The translations under genes were made by a program, and so were the position numbers. Below, piece by piece: positions 1 to 9,341 of a stretch of DNA of 64,000 nt (position 1 is the stretch's first letter; each line of letters opens with the position of its first letter). The DNA lies in the NCBI GenBank assembly GCA_964619545.1, contig CAZUED010000002.1:1253-65252 (forward strand). Reading direction: 5' to 3'. Under the pieces are notes generated by a model that worked only from the letters and a program-made list of their open reading frames with translations, was not told where the DNA came from and did not search any database. This DNA comes from an uncultured Muribaculaceae bacterium (GTDB taxonomy: Bacteria > Pseudomonadota > Alphaproteobacteria > Rs-D84).

Positions 1-496
1 CGAAAGGACGTGCAAGTAAAAGTTCTTCTTCTGTCAATGTTCTTCCGCCCGGCGTTCGCCAAAAAACGAGCGGACAAATGGAAATGTCATCGCGTGTCAG
101 ATTTATTGCACCCAACATCTTATCAAATAATTCGCCGGCTTTTCCGGAAAGAATTTGTCCTGATTCGTCATCATCGGACGATGGGGCATCCGTGATAACC
201 AGCAGATTCTGGCCTTGCTTTGGCAGAATGGTATTTTTCGCAAACATTTTTAAGGGATGATTAAATTGGATAATAGCATCGTAAAGTTGGGATAAATTAG
301 CTGCTTTTTCTACAAGTTCTTTTGCATCGGCAGAATCAATAGGCGCGATTGGACTTGGTGCAATTTTGCTATCCGAATCACTAATTTTTTGAGGTTTATT
401 TTTTATATTTTTCTCTTTTGTTTTTTGCTGGATTTCGCCCAAAAGTTCCCATTTTACGCCCGCTAAATCCAAATCTTGCAATGAATCAAATCCCAT
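1..496 (-). CDS. Family-4 uracil-DNA glycosylase / phage-type DNA-polymerase-related UDG domain protein. Partial: the C-terminus runs off the left window edge.
   Basis: Minus-strand translation from the ATG at 496 gives MGFDSLQDL...GQNLLVITDAPSSDDDESGQILSGKAGELFDKMLGAINLTRDDISICPLVFWRTPGGRTLTEEELLLARPF, matching the family-4 UDG signature (GEAPG-like ...GxxFxGxAGxLL...). An AAGGGGAA SD precedes the ATG. The ORF is open to position 1, which is why it is missing from the ORF table. Confidence 0.6.
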   Translation of the reverse strand, partial: MGFDSLQDLDLAGVKWELLGEIQQKTKEKNIKNKPQKISDSDSKIAPSPIAPIDSADAKELVEKAANLSQLYDAIIQFNHPLKMFAKNTILPKQGQNLLVITDAPSSDDDESGQILSGKAGELFDKMLGAINLTRDDISICPLVFWRTPGGRTLTEEELLLARPF

Positions 497-572
497 AAGA
501 ATTCCCCTTGATTTTTCACATAATAGGATGTAAAGTAATAGCTGAACCAAAAAAATACAAGGGAGTATTTTC

Positions 573-992
573 ATGAAAATGCAAAAATTTGTTGTGTTGG
601 CGGGCGTCGCGAGCTTGCTGGCAGCATGTGGTGGCTCGAATAGAATTGTTGAGCCGGCCGATCTTAATGAACAGCGGGCTTTCTTTGATTTTGACTCTTC
701 TGCAGTCAATCAAAAAGCACAGAACAATCTGTTGGGTCAGTCGTTGTATATGAAGAATCATCCAGATACTAAAATCTTGGTTGCCGGTAATTGCGACGAG
801 CGTGGAACCAGCGAATACAACTTGGCATTGGGTGCACGTCGTGCCAACGCAGCCAAGGCTGTAATGGTCAAAGACGGTGTTGAAGCCAAACGTATCTCGA
901 CAATTTCTTATGGTAAAGAACGTCCATGGAAATTGGGTACTGGCGAATCAGTTTGGAAACTGAATCGTAACACGACTACAACCGTGAAATAA
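573..992 (+). CDS. pal: Peptidoglycan-associated lipoprotein Pal (OmpA-family C-terminal domain)
   Basis: Lipoprotein signal MKMQKFVVLAGVASLLAAC with an LAAC lipobox. OmpA-like domain: NCDERGTSEYNLALGARRANAAKAVMVKDGV. AAGGGAG SD upstream. Confidence 0.85.
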   Translation: MKMQKFVVLAGVASLLAACGGSNRIVEPADLNEQRAFFDFDSSAVNQKAQNNLLGQSLYMKNHPDTKILVAGNCDERGTSEYNLALGARRANAAKAVMVKDGVEAKRISTISYGKERPWKLGTGESVWKLNRNTTTTVK

Positions 993-1020
993 AAAAATCC
1001 GCCCAACGGGCGGATTTTTC
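991..1020 (+). terminator. Rho-independent terminator after pal
   Basis: 8-bp GC-rich hairpin ATCCGCCC-AAC-GGGCGGAT followed by TTTT. Confidence 0.7.
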
Positions 1021-1119
1021 ATAGTGAAAGGGTATGGCGAAACATTTATTGGCCACTCTTTCACTTTTTAATTTATCCATTTCTTGCAATCTTTTCCTCT
1101 TGTGATTATACTCGGAAAC

Positions 1120-2184
1120 ATGAAGATTCTAGATAGGTATCTGTCGCGGCAGATTGCCTCGTTTTTTGCGATTTTATTGCTGGTTTTGACTGGCTTGGCT
1201 TGGATGCTGCAAATTTTGTCTATGCTGCGAATACTTATACAATACAATGTTGGTATAGGTGGATTTTTAGGCCTTACTTTGATGATGGTTCCATTTATTG
1301 CGACACTTATTATTCCGTTCGCTTTATTTATTGCTGCAATGTTCGTTTATAATCGTATGATTGCAGATCGCGAGATAACCGTAATGGTGGGTACGGGCCT
1401 TTCACCAGCGGTAATCGCACGCCCTGCCCTGGTTTTTGCGGGTTTTTTAACAGCGGTACATTTGGTTTTAAGTCTTTGGTTGGTTCCAACGACCCAAGAA
1501 AGATTTTATCAAAAGCAATGGGAAATGCGGTATGGGCTTGCACATCTGGCTTTACAAGAAGCATCTTTCAATCAACTTGCTGATAACTTGGTGGTGTTTG
1601 TTAACAAAGTTAATGATCGTGACATTTCTGGCTTGATGCTTTTTGATAACCGCAGTTCAAAAAACCAGTTGGTGGCATTGGCCGATAAAGGAAAGTTGGT
1701 ATCAACCACGCGTGGTATGTCCATAATTATGGAAAATGGTTCAGTACAATCATTGGGCGAAACATTTGTAGTCGGTACTTTTGATGCGTTTGATATGGAT
1801 ATGAACATTTCGGATAAGCAAGTAAAATTTTCATTCAAGACCAGACGCATTTCTACGCCAAAACTGATTGCGGCCGCTCGCACCCCAAAAATGTTCAAAA
1901 CATCGGAATACAAGTTGTTGATTTCAGAGCTTGCAAATCGATTTTTGATGCCCTTTATGAATTTAATGCTGGTATTGATTGCAGCAACAATTTTGCTGCG
2001 CTCGTCATTGTTGCGCCGGCGGATAAGCATGGCGCCTTTGATGGCGACAGCTGGTATGGCAACAGCAATGGGTATGTTTATGACCTTTTCTGGTATTATT
2101 GGGTCATTTTCAGGTCTGGCGATCTTGGCAGCTGCCCAATTGCTGGTAATTATAGCATTAACATTTTTGTTGTTTAAGAAATGA
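1120..2184 (+). CDS. LPS export ABC permease, LptF/LptG family
   Basis: MKILDRYLSRQIASFF... N-terminus typical of LptF/G, and six TM helices with a periplasmic beta-jellyroll loop. Sits directly upstream of lptD. The ORF-table start at 1084 has no SD; 1120 (ATG) is preferred. Confidence 0.75.
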   Translation: MKILDRYLSRQIASFFAILLLVLTGLAWMLQILSMLRILIQYNVGIGGFLGLTLMMVPFIATLIIPFALFIAAMFVYNRMIADREITVMVGTGLSPAVIARPALVFAGFLTAVHLVLSLWLVPTTQERFYQKQWEMRYGLAHLALQEASFNQLADNLVVFVNKVNDRDISGLMLFDNRSSKNQLVALADKGKLVSTTRGMSIIMENGSVQSLGETFVVGTFDAFDMDMNISDKQVKFSFKTRRISTPKLIAAARTPKMFKTSEYKLLISELANRFLMPFMNLMLVLIAATILLRSSLLRRRISMAPLMATAGMATAMGMFMTFSGIIGSFSGLAILAAAQLLVIIALTFLLFKK

Positions 2185-4205
2185 GAAAATTATTTGTGAT
2201 TTGTTTTCCGTTATCTGTAATTTGCGTTGCTGCGGGCGGCGCAGGTCTTGACGCAAACGCACCAAAGACTATAAAAGCGCCCAAAATAGAATACAATGCA
2301 GGCGAAAAATCAATCAAAACACTTGGCCAGACATCTATAACAAATCAGACGGGACAAAGCATGACTCTGGTCGATGCATATCTGGGAGAAAAGAATGTTC
2401 AGGCCGAAGGCAGCGAACTGGTTTTATATCTTAACGAGCATACACGTATAACGGCGGAAAAAATAGAAAAAGATGGGGATAGAACCGTTGCGGTGGATCC
2501 TACATATACAACTTGCGCAAATTGTGGCGATTTCAGAGATGCGTGGAGCATTTCAGCATCCAAGCTTTATCACGAAGATGCAAATATGGAACTGACATTT
2601 TTTAATCCAGTTCTGTGGTTCTATGATATGCCGGTTTTTTGGTTCCCACAGATGGATTATCCAGATCCCAGGGTAAAGTATAAAAGTGGTTTTTTATTTC
2701 CGCATCTGAATTCTACTAATAATATGGGAATGCAACTTAATCTGCCATTTTATGTAAATTTTTCAGATTATCATGACCTTACCATTACCGCAGCATATTT
2801 GACCGAAGAAAATCCGCTGTGGCAAATAGAACATCGTTTAAACATGCCTCATTCAAGTATGAAAACAACAGGTTCATATACTCATAACAAAGCAGGCCTT
2901 GATAGATGGCATGTGTTCAACAATGATATGCTAGAACTGGGCGATAATGCACGTGCATTTGTCTTTTTCAACAGAACATCTGATACAACTTATTTGCAGC
3001 AGTATGATTTTTATAACAATCAGCCATATTTGGATTCGGGTGCGCGTTTGGAAATGTTCGCATCCAGAGGATATGCAAAGGTTGATACTCATTTTTTCCA
3101 GGAACTTCGCGTAATCAATGGCAATTATACAAACCCATCTGGGGATATACTTCCAAATATACATGGTATTTATCAGACAGCGCCAGTTTTTGGAAATACT
3201 TACCTTTCGTTTATGGGTGATGTATTGGGTATTAACAAAAGTGGCGCATCCAGTCAGCGATTAATAGGCGCTGGACAAATAGTATCGCCTTGGGTGCTGC
3301 CATTTGGTCAAAAATTAACGCTTTCTACATCTATGCGGTATGATGCCTATAATTTTATAAACACACCTGTTTACGGTGCCCCTGATGATTTTTCTGGCAT
3401 GCGCGCGCGATTCTTGCCCTCAGGATATGTTCAATGGTCACTACCCTTTATAAAAAATGGTGAAAATTGGTCTCACGTGATTGAACCCAAAGCAAAACTG
3501 ACGTTGCAGCGTCGATTGAAATCACCAGGATTTGTTAATACGGATTCTGCTGGATCGTTACTTTCGGACGCCATGCTGTTTTCTGATGATCGTTTAGCTG
3601 GTTATGACTTGTGGGCCAATGGAAACTATGCTGATTATGGACTTGGTTGGACGGCGTTTTCAACAGATGATTTGCGATCAGAACTTTTTATGGGCCAAAG
3701 TTATGATTTTTTTGCGCCAGCAAAACTTGACCCAAATTCAGGTTTTCATGATGGGGCATCTGATTATGTTGCGCGTGCGGCGTTTTATTCTGGTGACCAG
3801 TTAAGCATTATGAACAGATTCAGATTTGCGAATGATGGCCTGGGATTGCGCCATTTGGAATCTACTGCCCGTTTCGGGGCCAAAGATTTTGTAGAGGCCG
3901 GATATATTCGTGCAACTCAATTTTCCAATGCGCTGGTTTTGGACAAGGTAATAAGCGAGGCCGTTCTGGGTGGCGGCATTGAATTAACTGACAGAGTTTT
4001 CCTCCGCGCTCGCATTACTTACAATATAACAGATAACAACATACAGCGATTGAACACAGGCTTGTATTACGAGCACCCATGCTATACAGTATCACTTGAT
4101 TTTTCCGAAGACGGCGCAGAAAGAATTTATCCTGATGGTGAAAACTATTACGGCGGAACCCGCATAAGATTCCAGTTCGCATTAAAATTGGCCGGGGATA
4201 AATAA
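2181..4205 (+). CDS. lptD: LPS-assembly outer-membrane protein LptD (OstA/Imp)
   Basis: 674 aa with a signal peptide, an N-terminal OstA-like region, and a C-terminal beta-barrel. PDPRVKYKSGFLFP motif. Start overlaps the stop of the permease gene. Confidence 0.85.
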   Translation: MRKLFVICFPLSVICVAAGGAGLDANAPKTIKAPKIEYNAGEKSIKTLGQTSITNQTGQSMTLVDAYLGEKNVQAEGSELVLYLNEHTRITAEKIEKDGDRTVAVDPTYTTCANCGDFRDAWSISASKLYHEDANMELTFFNPVLWFYDMPVFWFPQMDYPDPRVKYKSGFLFPHLNSTNNMGMQLNLPFYVNFSDYHDLTITAAYLTEENPLWQIEHRLNMPHSSMKTTGSYTHNKAGLDRWHVFNNDMLELGDNARAFVFFNRTSDTTYLQQYDFYNNQPYLDSGARLEMFASRGYAKVDTHFFQELRVINGNYTNPSGDILPNIHGIYQTAPVFGNTYLSFMGDVLGINKSGASSQRLIGAGQIVSPWVLPFGQKLTLSTSMRYDAYNFINTPVYGAPDDFSGMRARFLPSGYVQWSLPFIKNGENWSHVIEPKAKLTLQRRLKSPGFVNTDSAGSLLSDAMLFSDDRLAGYDLWANGNYADYGLGWTAFSTDDLRSELFMGQSYDFFAPAKLDPNSGFHDGASDYVARAAFYSGDQLSIMNRFRFANDGLGLRHLESTARFGAKDFVEAGYIRATQFSNALVLDKVISEAVLGGGIELTDRVFLRARITYNITDNNIQRLNTGLYYEHPCYTVSLDFSEDGAERIYPDGENYYGGTRIRFQFALKLAGDK

Positions 4206-4223
4206 GAACAAGGACTAGTAAAT

Positions 4224-5057
4224 ATGAAAAAAATTCTGAATAAATTTACAATTGTTTATGCACTTTGCTTTATGCCATTTGCACTGCATGCCGCCAGTAT
4301 TGTCGCAACAATAAATGGCGCGCCAATAACAGATGCAGATGTAACATCGCGCGTCGGCCTCATGACGGCCCAAGGGCAAAATTATACTGACAACAGAAAA
4401 CGTGCATTAAATAACATCATAGACGATAGTGTAAAATTAAAATATGCTGAAAACTTCAAGGTTTCTATTACGGACAAAGAGGTTGAAAACGAGTTAAAAC
4501 GTATGAATCTGACAGGTCTTTCTGCAACAACGCGGGAAATGGCAAAGTCCGCAATAAGGGCGGATATGGCATGGCAGATAGTGATTGCCAGAACAATTAT
4601 GCCAACTATTTCAGTGTCAAAAGAAGAAATAACATATGAAACGGCCGAGTTGGAACGTGCCAAAGGATTGCCGCTGGAAATAACTTTTATTCGTCTGTTG
4701 GATATACCAGAATCTTCTGCAAAAAGTTTAACTAAACCAAAAGATTGCGATGATGCTATCCGTATCGCTAAAAATCTGGGTGGTGTACCGCAAAAATTAA
4801 CAGCTCCGCAGTACGAGTTAAGTGAAGACATTCGCGCACGCATGATTGGTATGGGTTTATTTCAGTGGTCGTCGCGCAAAGACAATTCTGTAATTTTAAT
4901 TTGTGATAAAAAGAAGATGAAAGATTACTCGAAATTAAGCGAAATTATAGAGAGAAATGCAACCTGGAAAAAAGCAATGTTTCAAGGTGATCAACAGCTG
5001 AAACAGCTGCGCCGCAAGGCCGTGGTCGTGATTATGGACGACAGATATAAAATTTAA
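4224..5057 (+). CDS. surA: SurA-like periplasmic chaperone. SurA N-domain only; no parvulin PPIase domains are evident.
   Basis: Signal peptide followed by SurA_N-like sequence (ATINGAPITDADV...). Conserved lptD-surA-rlmN neighbourhood. At 277 aa it is much shorter than E. coli SurA. Confidence 0.65.
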   Translation: MKKILNKFTIVYALCFMPFALHAASIVATINGAPITDADVTSRVGLMTAQGQNYTDNRKRALNNIIDDSVKLKYAENFKVSITDKEVENELKRMNLTGLSATTREMAKSAIRADMAWQIVIARTIMPTISVSKEEITYETAELERAKGLPLEITFIRLLDIPESSAKSLTKPKDCDDAIRIAKNLGGVPQKLTAPQYELSEDIRARMIGMGLFQWSSRKDNSVILICDKKKMKDYSKLSEIIERNATWKKAMFQGDQQLKQLRRKAVVVIMDDRYKI

Positions 5058-6118
5058 TGAAACAAATTCTTTTTGATTTTAATAATGCTCAACTGGAAAA
5101 ATTTATAACGGATTTAGGCCAGCCTAAATTTCGTGCGAAACAAGTCGCAGAATGGTTGAAACGTGGTGCACCCAATTTTTCTGTGATGAAAAATTTACCA
5201 GAATCACTACGCGTCAAGCTGGATCAGGTTGCAACTACCCTGCCCTGTGAAATTTCAAAAAAATTAGAATCATCAGACGGACAAACAACCAAATTTTTAT
5301 TAAAATTACATGATAATGAATTAATAGAATCGGTTTTAATGCGAACCAGCTATGGCAACAGTGTGTGTGTGTCGTCCCAAGTCGGCTGTGCAATGGGATG
5401 TAAATTCTGCGCCAGCACTTTACTGGGATTAAAACGGAACTTGACGACGAATGAAATGTTGGCCCAAGTGTTAATTGCACAATGGGAATTACGTGGGGAT
5501 ACTGGAAATTCGCGTGCAAATGGTGACGCAAATAACGGCGATGTTTCACACATAGTTGTTATGGGCACGGGCGAGCCCTTGCAAAACACAGAAAATCTGA
5601 AAGGTTTCTTGGAACGCGCAAATACAGACCTGAATATAGGCTGGCGACGCATGACTATTTCAACTTGCGGTATAATTTCTGGTATTGAACAATTAACCGA
5701 ATGGGGGCGTCCAATAAACTTGGCAATTTCGTTGCATGCCCCGGTGGAATGCATGCGCAGCGAATTGATGCCGATAAATAAAAAATATAATTTAATAAAA
5801 GTTTTAGACGCCGCGTTCAGTTTTTCGGAAAAAACAGGCCGTCAGTTAATGATAGAATACATATTATTGGGCGGCGTGAATGATTCAGTAGAAAATGCTA
5901 ATCAGTTAGTGGAACTTTTGCGTGAAAAAAATTGCATGGTGAATTTAATTCCATGGAACGCAGTAGAAGAACGCGATTTTATCGCCCCCAGCGGAAATAC
6001 GGTCCATAAATTTCAAGATGTTTTAATAAAAAATGGGGTCCATGCACGAATTCGTCGTACTCGCGGCAGTGATATAGGTAGCGCATGCGGCCAATTGCGC
6101 ATAAAAAACGCAGAATAA
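5057..6118 (+). CDS. rlmN: 23S rRNA/tRNA m2A methyltransferase RlmN (radical SAM)
   Basis: CAMGCKFCAS radical-SAM CxxxCxxC motif and a C-terminal GSDIGSACGQL motif. TAATG overlap with surA. Confidence 0.9.
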   Translation: MKQILFDFNNAQLEKFITDLGQPKFRAKQVAEWLKRGAPNFSVMKNLPESLRVKLDQVATTLPCEISKKLESSDGQTTKFLLKLHDNELIESVLMRTSYGNSVCVSSQVGCAMGCKFCASTLLGLKRNLTTNEMLAQVLIAQWELRGDTGNSRANGDANNGDVSHIVVMGTGEPLQNTENLKGFLERANTDLNIGWRRMTISTCGIISGIEQLTEWGRPINLAISLHAPVECMRSELMPINKKYNLIKVLDAAFSFSEKTGRQLMIEYILLGGVNDSVENANQLVELLREKNCMVNLIPWNAVEERDFIAPSGNTVHKFQDVLIKNGVHARIRRTRGSDIGSACGQLRIKNAE

Positions 6119-6208
6119 TCAAATGGTTATTTTTTATTTCGTGCGAAATAATTTTTCGTCTTGCCCGAATCGGTGGGTTTGGGTATCTTTTGCCCAAGGA
6201 AGGTTAAA

Positions 6209-6994
6209 ATGGCAAAAATAATCGCATTTGCAAATCAAAAAGGCGGCGTTGGTAAAACGACGACTGCAATAAACATTGGTGCGTCCTTGGCCGCAATTAA
6301 ACGACGTGTTTTGCTGGTAGATTTGGATCCCCAGGGTAATGCGGGTACGGGGCTCGGCTTTGTTCGCGCATCGCATCCACAAAGTGTTTATGGTGTAATT
6401 ATGGGTACAGATACTGCCGCAAATAATATACTTTCAACGGCTATTCCTAATATGCATATTTTACCCAGCAGCCAGCAGTTGTCCAGTGCGGAAGTAGAAT
6501 TGTTAGATATGGAAAACCGCGAGTATCGCTTGCGCGATTCTTTGGCGCAGGTTGCCCAGCATTATGATTATATTTTGTTGGATTGTCCCCCTGCCCTGGG
6601 CTATTTAACATTGAACGCGCTGACTACAGCGGATTCTTTGATTGTTCCCTTGCAATGCGAATTTTTCGCACTGGAAGGGATTCAGAGTTTAATGAGCGCA
6701 GTGAATGAAATAAAAAAGAAATGGAATCCATCGCTGGAAATTTTGGGTATAGTTTTAACAATGTATGATCGGCGCTATGGTTTGACACGCGCAGTCGAAG
6801 AAGATGTTCGTGGAACATTCGGAAATAAAGTTTTCCAAACAGTTGTGCCACGCAATGTCAGGGTTTCCGAAGCCCCCAGTCATGGCAAACCAGCCCTGTT
6901 CTATGATTTTAATTCGACGGGTGCCCAGGCATATCTGCGTTTGGCGACCGAGGTTGTAAATGCTTGTGGTGATAAAGGAGAAACAAATGTCTAA
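6209..6994 (+). CDS. parA: Chromosome partitioning ATPase ParA
   Basis: MAKIIAFANQKGGVGKTTTAINIGASLA deviant Walker A. AGGAAGG SD at 6197-6203. Confidence 0.85.
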   Translation: MAKIIAFANQKGGVGKTTTAINIGASLAAIKRRVLLVDLDPQGNAGTGLGFVRASHPQSVYGVIMGTDTAANNILSTAIPNMHILPSSQQLSSAEVELLDMENREYRLRDSLAQVAQHYDYILLDCPPALGYLTLNALTTADSLIVPLQCEFFALEGIQSLMSAVNEIKKKWNPSLEILGIVLTMYDRRYGLTRAVEEDVRGTFGNKVFQTVVPRNVRVSEAPSHGKPALFYDFNSTGAQAYLRLATEVVNACGDKGETNV

Positions 6995-7859
6995 ATTTGG
7001 TTTGGGGCGTGGATTGGCGGATTTACAAAAAGAAATGGGGCAAATGCCCGAAATTTCAGTTCTTGCAGGCGGCGAACGTGTTGCTGTTCGACATATTCCG
7101 ATTGTATCGATTGCACCTAATCCTGATCAGCCGCGTAAATCTTTTGCCGCTGCAGAGCTGGAAGAGTTGGCTAACTCTATTCGCGAAAAGGGCGTATTAC
7201 AACCAATTTTGGTGCGCAGTGTCATGGGGCGCGCGAATCAGTATGAGATTATTGCCGGCGAGCGTCGCTGGCGTGCCAGCCAATTGGCAGGTCTGTCAGA
7301 AATTCCAGCGTTGGTAAAGAATTTAGATGAAAACAGTGCGGCAGAAATAGCATTGATTGAAAATGTTCAGCGCGCGGACTTGAATGCGATAGAAGAGGCC
7401 GCCGCATACGAAAATTTAATGAAAAAAGCCGGTTATACGCATGAAGATGTTTCACGTTTAATTGGCAAATCGGTCAGCTATTTAAGAAATATATTACGTT
7501 TATCGGCTTTGCCTACATCTGTAAAAGAGATGGTTATAAATGGCCAGTTATCTGCGACCCATGCCAGAACTTTGGCAGTGGCAGATGATCCAGTGTTATT
7601 GGCCAAAAGAATCATTGCAGAAAATTTGTCAGTTAAAAATACCGAAGATTTAGTTAAAAATGCAAAAAGAAGTGAAAAAAGCCGGTCTTTTTCTGGAAAA
7701 CCACAAAATATGGCGGAAATCCAAGGGTTAGAAAAACAAATCAAGAAAAAGACCGGTCTTTTTGCAAAAATTCATATAAAAAGGAATGGGTCAGGTCAGC
7801 TGGTTTTGCATTTTGCCAATCGCGTTGAAATGGAACAAATCATAGGAAAATTACAATGA
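6987..7859 (+). CDS. parB: Chromosome partitioning protein ParB
   Basis: MSKFGLGRGLADL..., the ParB box GERRWRAS, and an HTH. AAAGGAG SD upstream. Overlaps the parA end. Confidence 0.9.
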   Translation: MSKFGLGRGLADLQKEMGQMPEISVLAGGERVAVRHIPIVSIAPNPDQPRKSFAAAELEELANSIREKGVLQPILVRSVMGRANQYEIIAGERRWRASQLAGLSEIPALVKNLDENSAAEIALIENVQRADLNAIEEAAAYENLMKKAGYTHEDVSRLIGKSVSYLRNILRLSALPTSVKEMVINGQLSATHARTLAVADDPVLLAKRIIAENLSVKNTEDLVKNAKRSEKSRSFSGKPQNMAEIQGLEKQIKKKTGLFAKIHIKRNGSGQLVLHFANRVEMEQIIGKLQ

Positions 7860-8749
7860 AAGTCGGAATAATTGGCGCAGGCGCATGGGGGACAGCGCTG
7901 GCAATGATTGCCGCGCGTGCCGGAAATCAGGTTGTTTTATGGGCATTTGAAAATACCGAATACATAAATAAACAGCATCAGAGTTCATCGTTGTCCGGGG
8001 GGCGTATTTCTTGCGAAATAATTACCACCAACAAACTTAGTGATTTATCTGATACGGACGTATGGCTGATAGCGACCCCGACAGAATTTTTTACGGAAAC
8101 TATTAAAAAAAGCCAGCCTTTTTGGAAAAAACAACCAATTATAATTTGTTCCAAGGGGATCGAGCCAAAAACGGGCAAGTTGCTTGTGCATGTGGTTGCT
8201 GAAATCATCAAGGGATCTGAAAAATTCATTGGTGTTTTAGCAGGTCCCCAGTTCGCGGCCGAGGCCGCGCGCGGCGCACCAACTGGCAGCACAATCGCTG
8301 GTAGCGCACGTGTACGTGGCTTTACACGTCGTTCATTGAATGGGATTTGTTTAGAAGAATCGACAGATTTAGTTGGGGTCCAAATTTGCGGCGCAGGTAA
8401 AAATGCAATTGCGATTCTGATGGGTTGGTTAGAGGGATCTGGTGCTGGTGAAAATGAAAAAGCGATGAAATTGACACTAGCATGGCAGGAAATTATGAAG
8501 TTTGGCCGGTTTTTTGGTGCAAAGCCCAAAACTTTTAACATGTTATGCGGGATAGGAGATTTGTTTTTGACAGCCACCAGTAAAACCAGCAGAAATTATT
8601 CAGCCGGAGAATCATTGGCGCACGGTAAAAAGCCAGTTGGAACGATAGAGGGTGTTGCTGCATTGAAATGGATTGTTAAAACTGCACGCGCAAATAAAAT
8701 TTCTATGCCAATTTTACAAGAATTTTCCAAAACAAAATTTAATTATTAA
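7856..8749 (+). CDS. gpsA: NAD(P)H-dependent glycerol-3-phosphate dehydrogenase GpsA
   Basis: MKVGIIGAGAWGTALA Rossmann N-terminus and a C-terminal GpsA domain. ATGA overlap with parB. Confidence 0.85.
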   Translation: MKVGIIGAGAWGTALAMIAARAGNQVVLWAFENTEYINKQHQSSSLSGGRISCEIITTNKLSDLSDTDVWLIATPTEFFTETIKKSQPFWKKQPIIICSKGIEPKTGKLLVHVVAEIIKGSEKFIGVLAGPQFAAEAARGAPTGSTIAGSARVRGFTRRSLNGICLEESTDLVGVQICGAGKNAIAILMGWLEGSGAGENEKAMKLTLAWQEIMKFGRFFGAKPKTFNMLCGIGDLFLTATSKTSRNYSAGESLAHGKKPVGTIEGVAALKWIVKTARANKISMPILQEFSKTKFNY

Positions 8750-9327
8750 ATTCTTTTCCGCAAATGTAATTTTGTAATTTCCACTATAAACCCATCGCCT
8801 GTTTCTGATGGAGTAAGTTTATAATCGAAATTATATTTTTCTTTTGCTATTGCTAGTTCTGCTTCAATTCCTGAGCCTTTCAGCAGATATGCTGGCGCAT
8901 GGGATTGCGCGATATAATCAAAAATCTTAATCAGTGGTGCAAACGCTCGCGCTGTAAAAATAATTTTTTCATTTTTATTTTTTCGTAAATAATTTTCAAC
9001 GCGATCATTTATTATTGTCAGATTTTCAAGGTTTAATTTTGTTTTTACTTCTTGCAAAAACAGGGCTTTTTTTCCAATAGATTCTATAGCCACTACTTGC
9101 CAGCCCAAAATAGCCAGAACTATTGAGGGGAAACCAGCACCGCTGCCCAGGTCTATAATTTTAATTTCTTTTGGCAGATGTTTGGCTAATTGCGCGGAAT
9201 CATCAATATGACGACCTTGGACATTATTTAATGTGCTGGGGGCGACCAAATTCATTCGATTTTGCGCGTCTTGCAAAATCTGAGAATAAAGGTCAAATTT
9301 TTCTTGTATTTCTGGGTCGTATTTCAT
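8746..9327 (-). CDS. rsmG: 16S rRNA m7G527 methyltransferase RsmG (GidB)
   Basis: IIDLGSGAGFPSIVLAI SAM motif. Typical rsmG-parAB neighbourhood, but inverted relative to parAB. Confidence 0.85.
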   Translation of the reverse strand: MKYDPEIQEKFDLYSQILQDAQNRMNLVAPSTLNNVQGRHIDDSAQLAKHLPKEIKIIDLGSGAGFPSIVLAILGWQVVAIESIGKKALFLQEVKTKLNLENLTIINDRVENYLRKNKNEKIIFTARAFAPLIKIFDYIAQSHAPAYLLKGSGIEAELAIAKEKYNFDYKLTPSETGDGFIVEITKLHLRKRI

Positions 9328-9341
9328 ACACTGATTATACT

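Noticed and set aside
10-260. Plus-strand ORFs of 61 and 60 aa at the left edge
   Set aside because: They lie antisense to a much better supported minus-strand family-4 UDG coding sequence that is open to the window edge. They have no SD and show no conservation-like features.
1328-2030. Minus-strand ORFs of 78 and 152 aa inside the LptF/G permease gene, and similar antisense ORFs of 100-200 aa within gpsA, gyrA, acrB, dacC, virD4 and paralogs 1, 4 and 5
   Set aside because: They are fully embedded antisense to strongly supported genes and have no independent signals. They are typical spurious ORFs.
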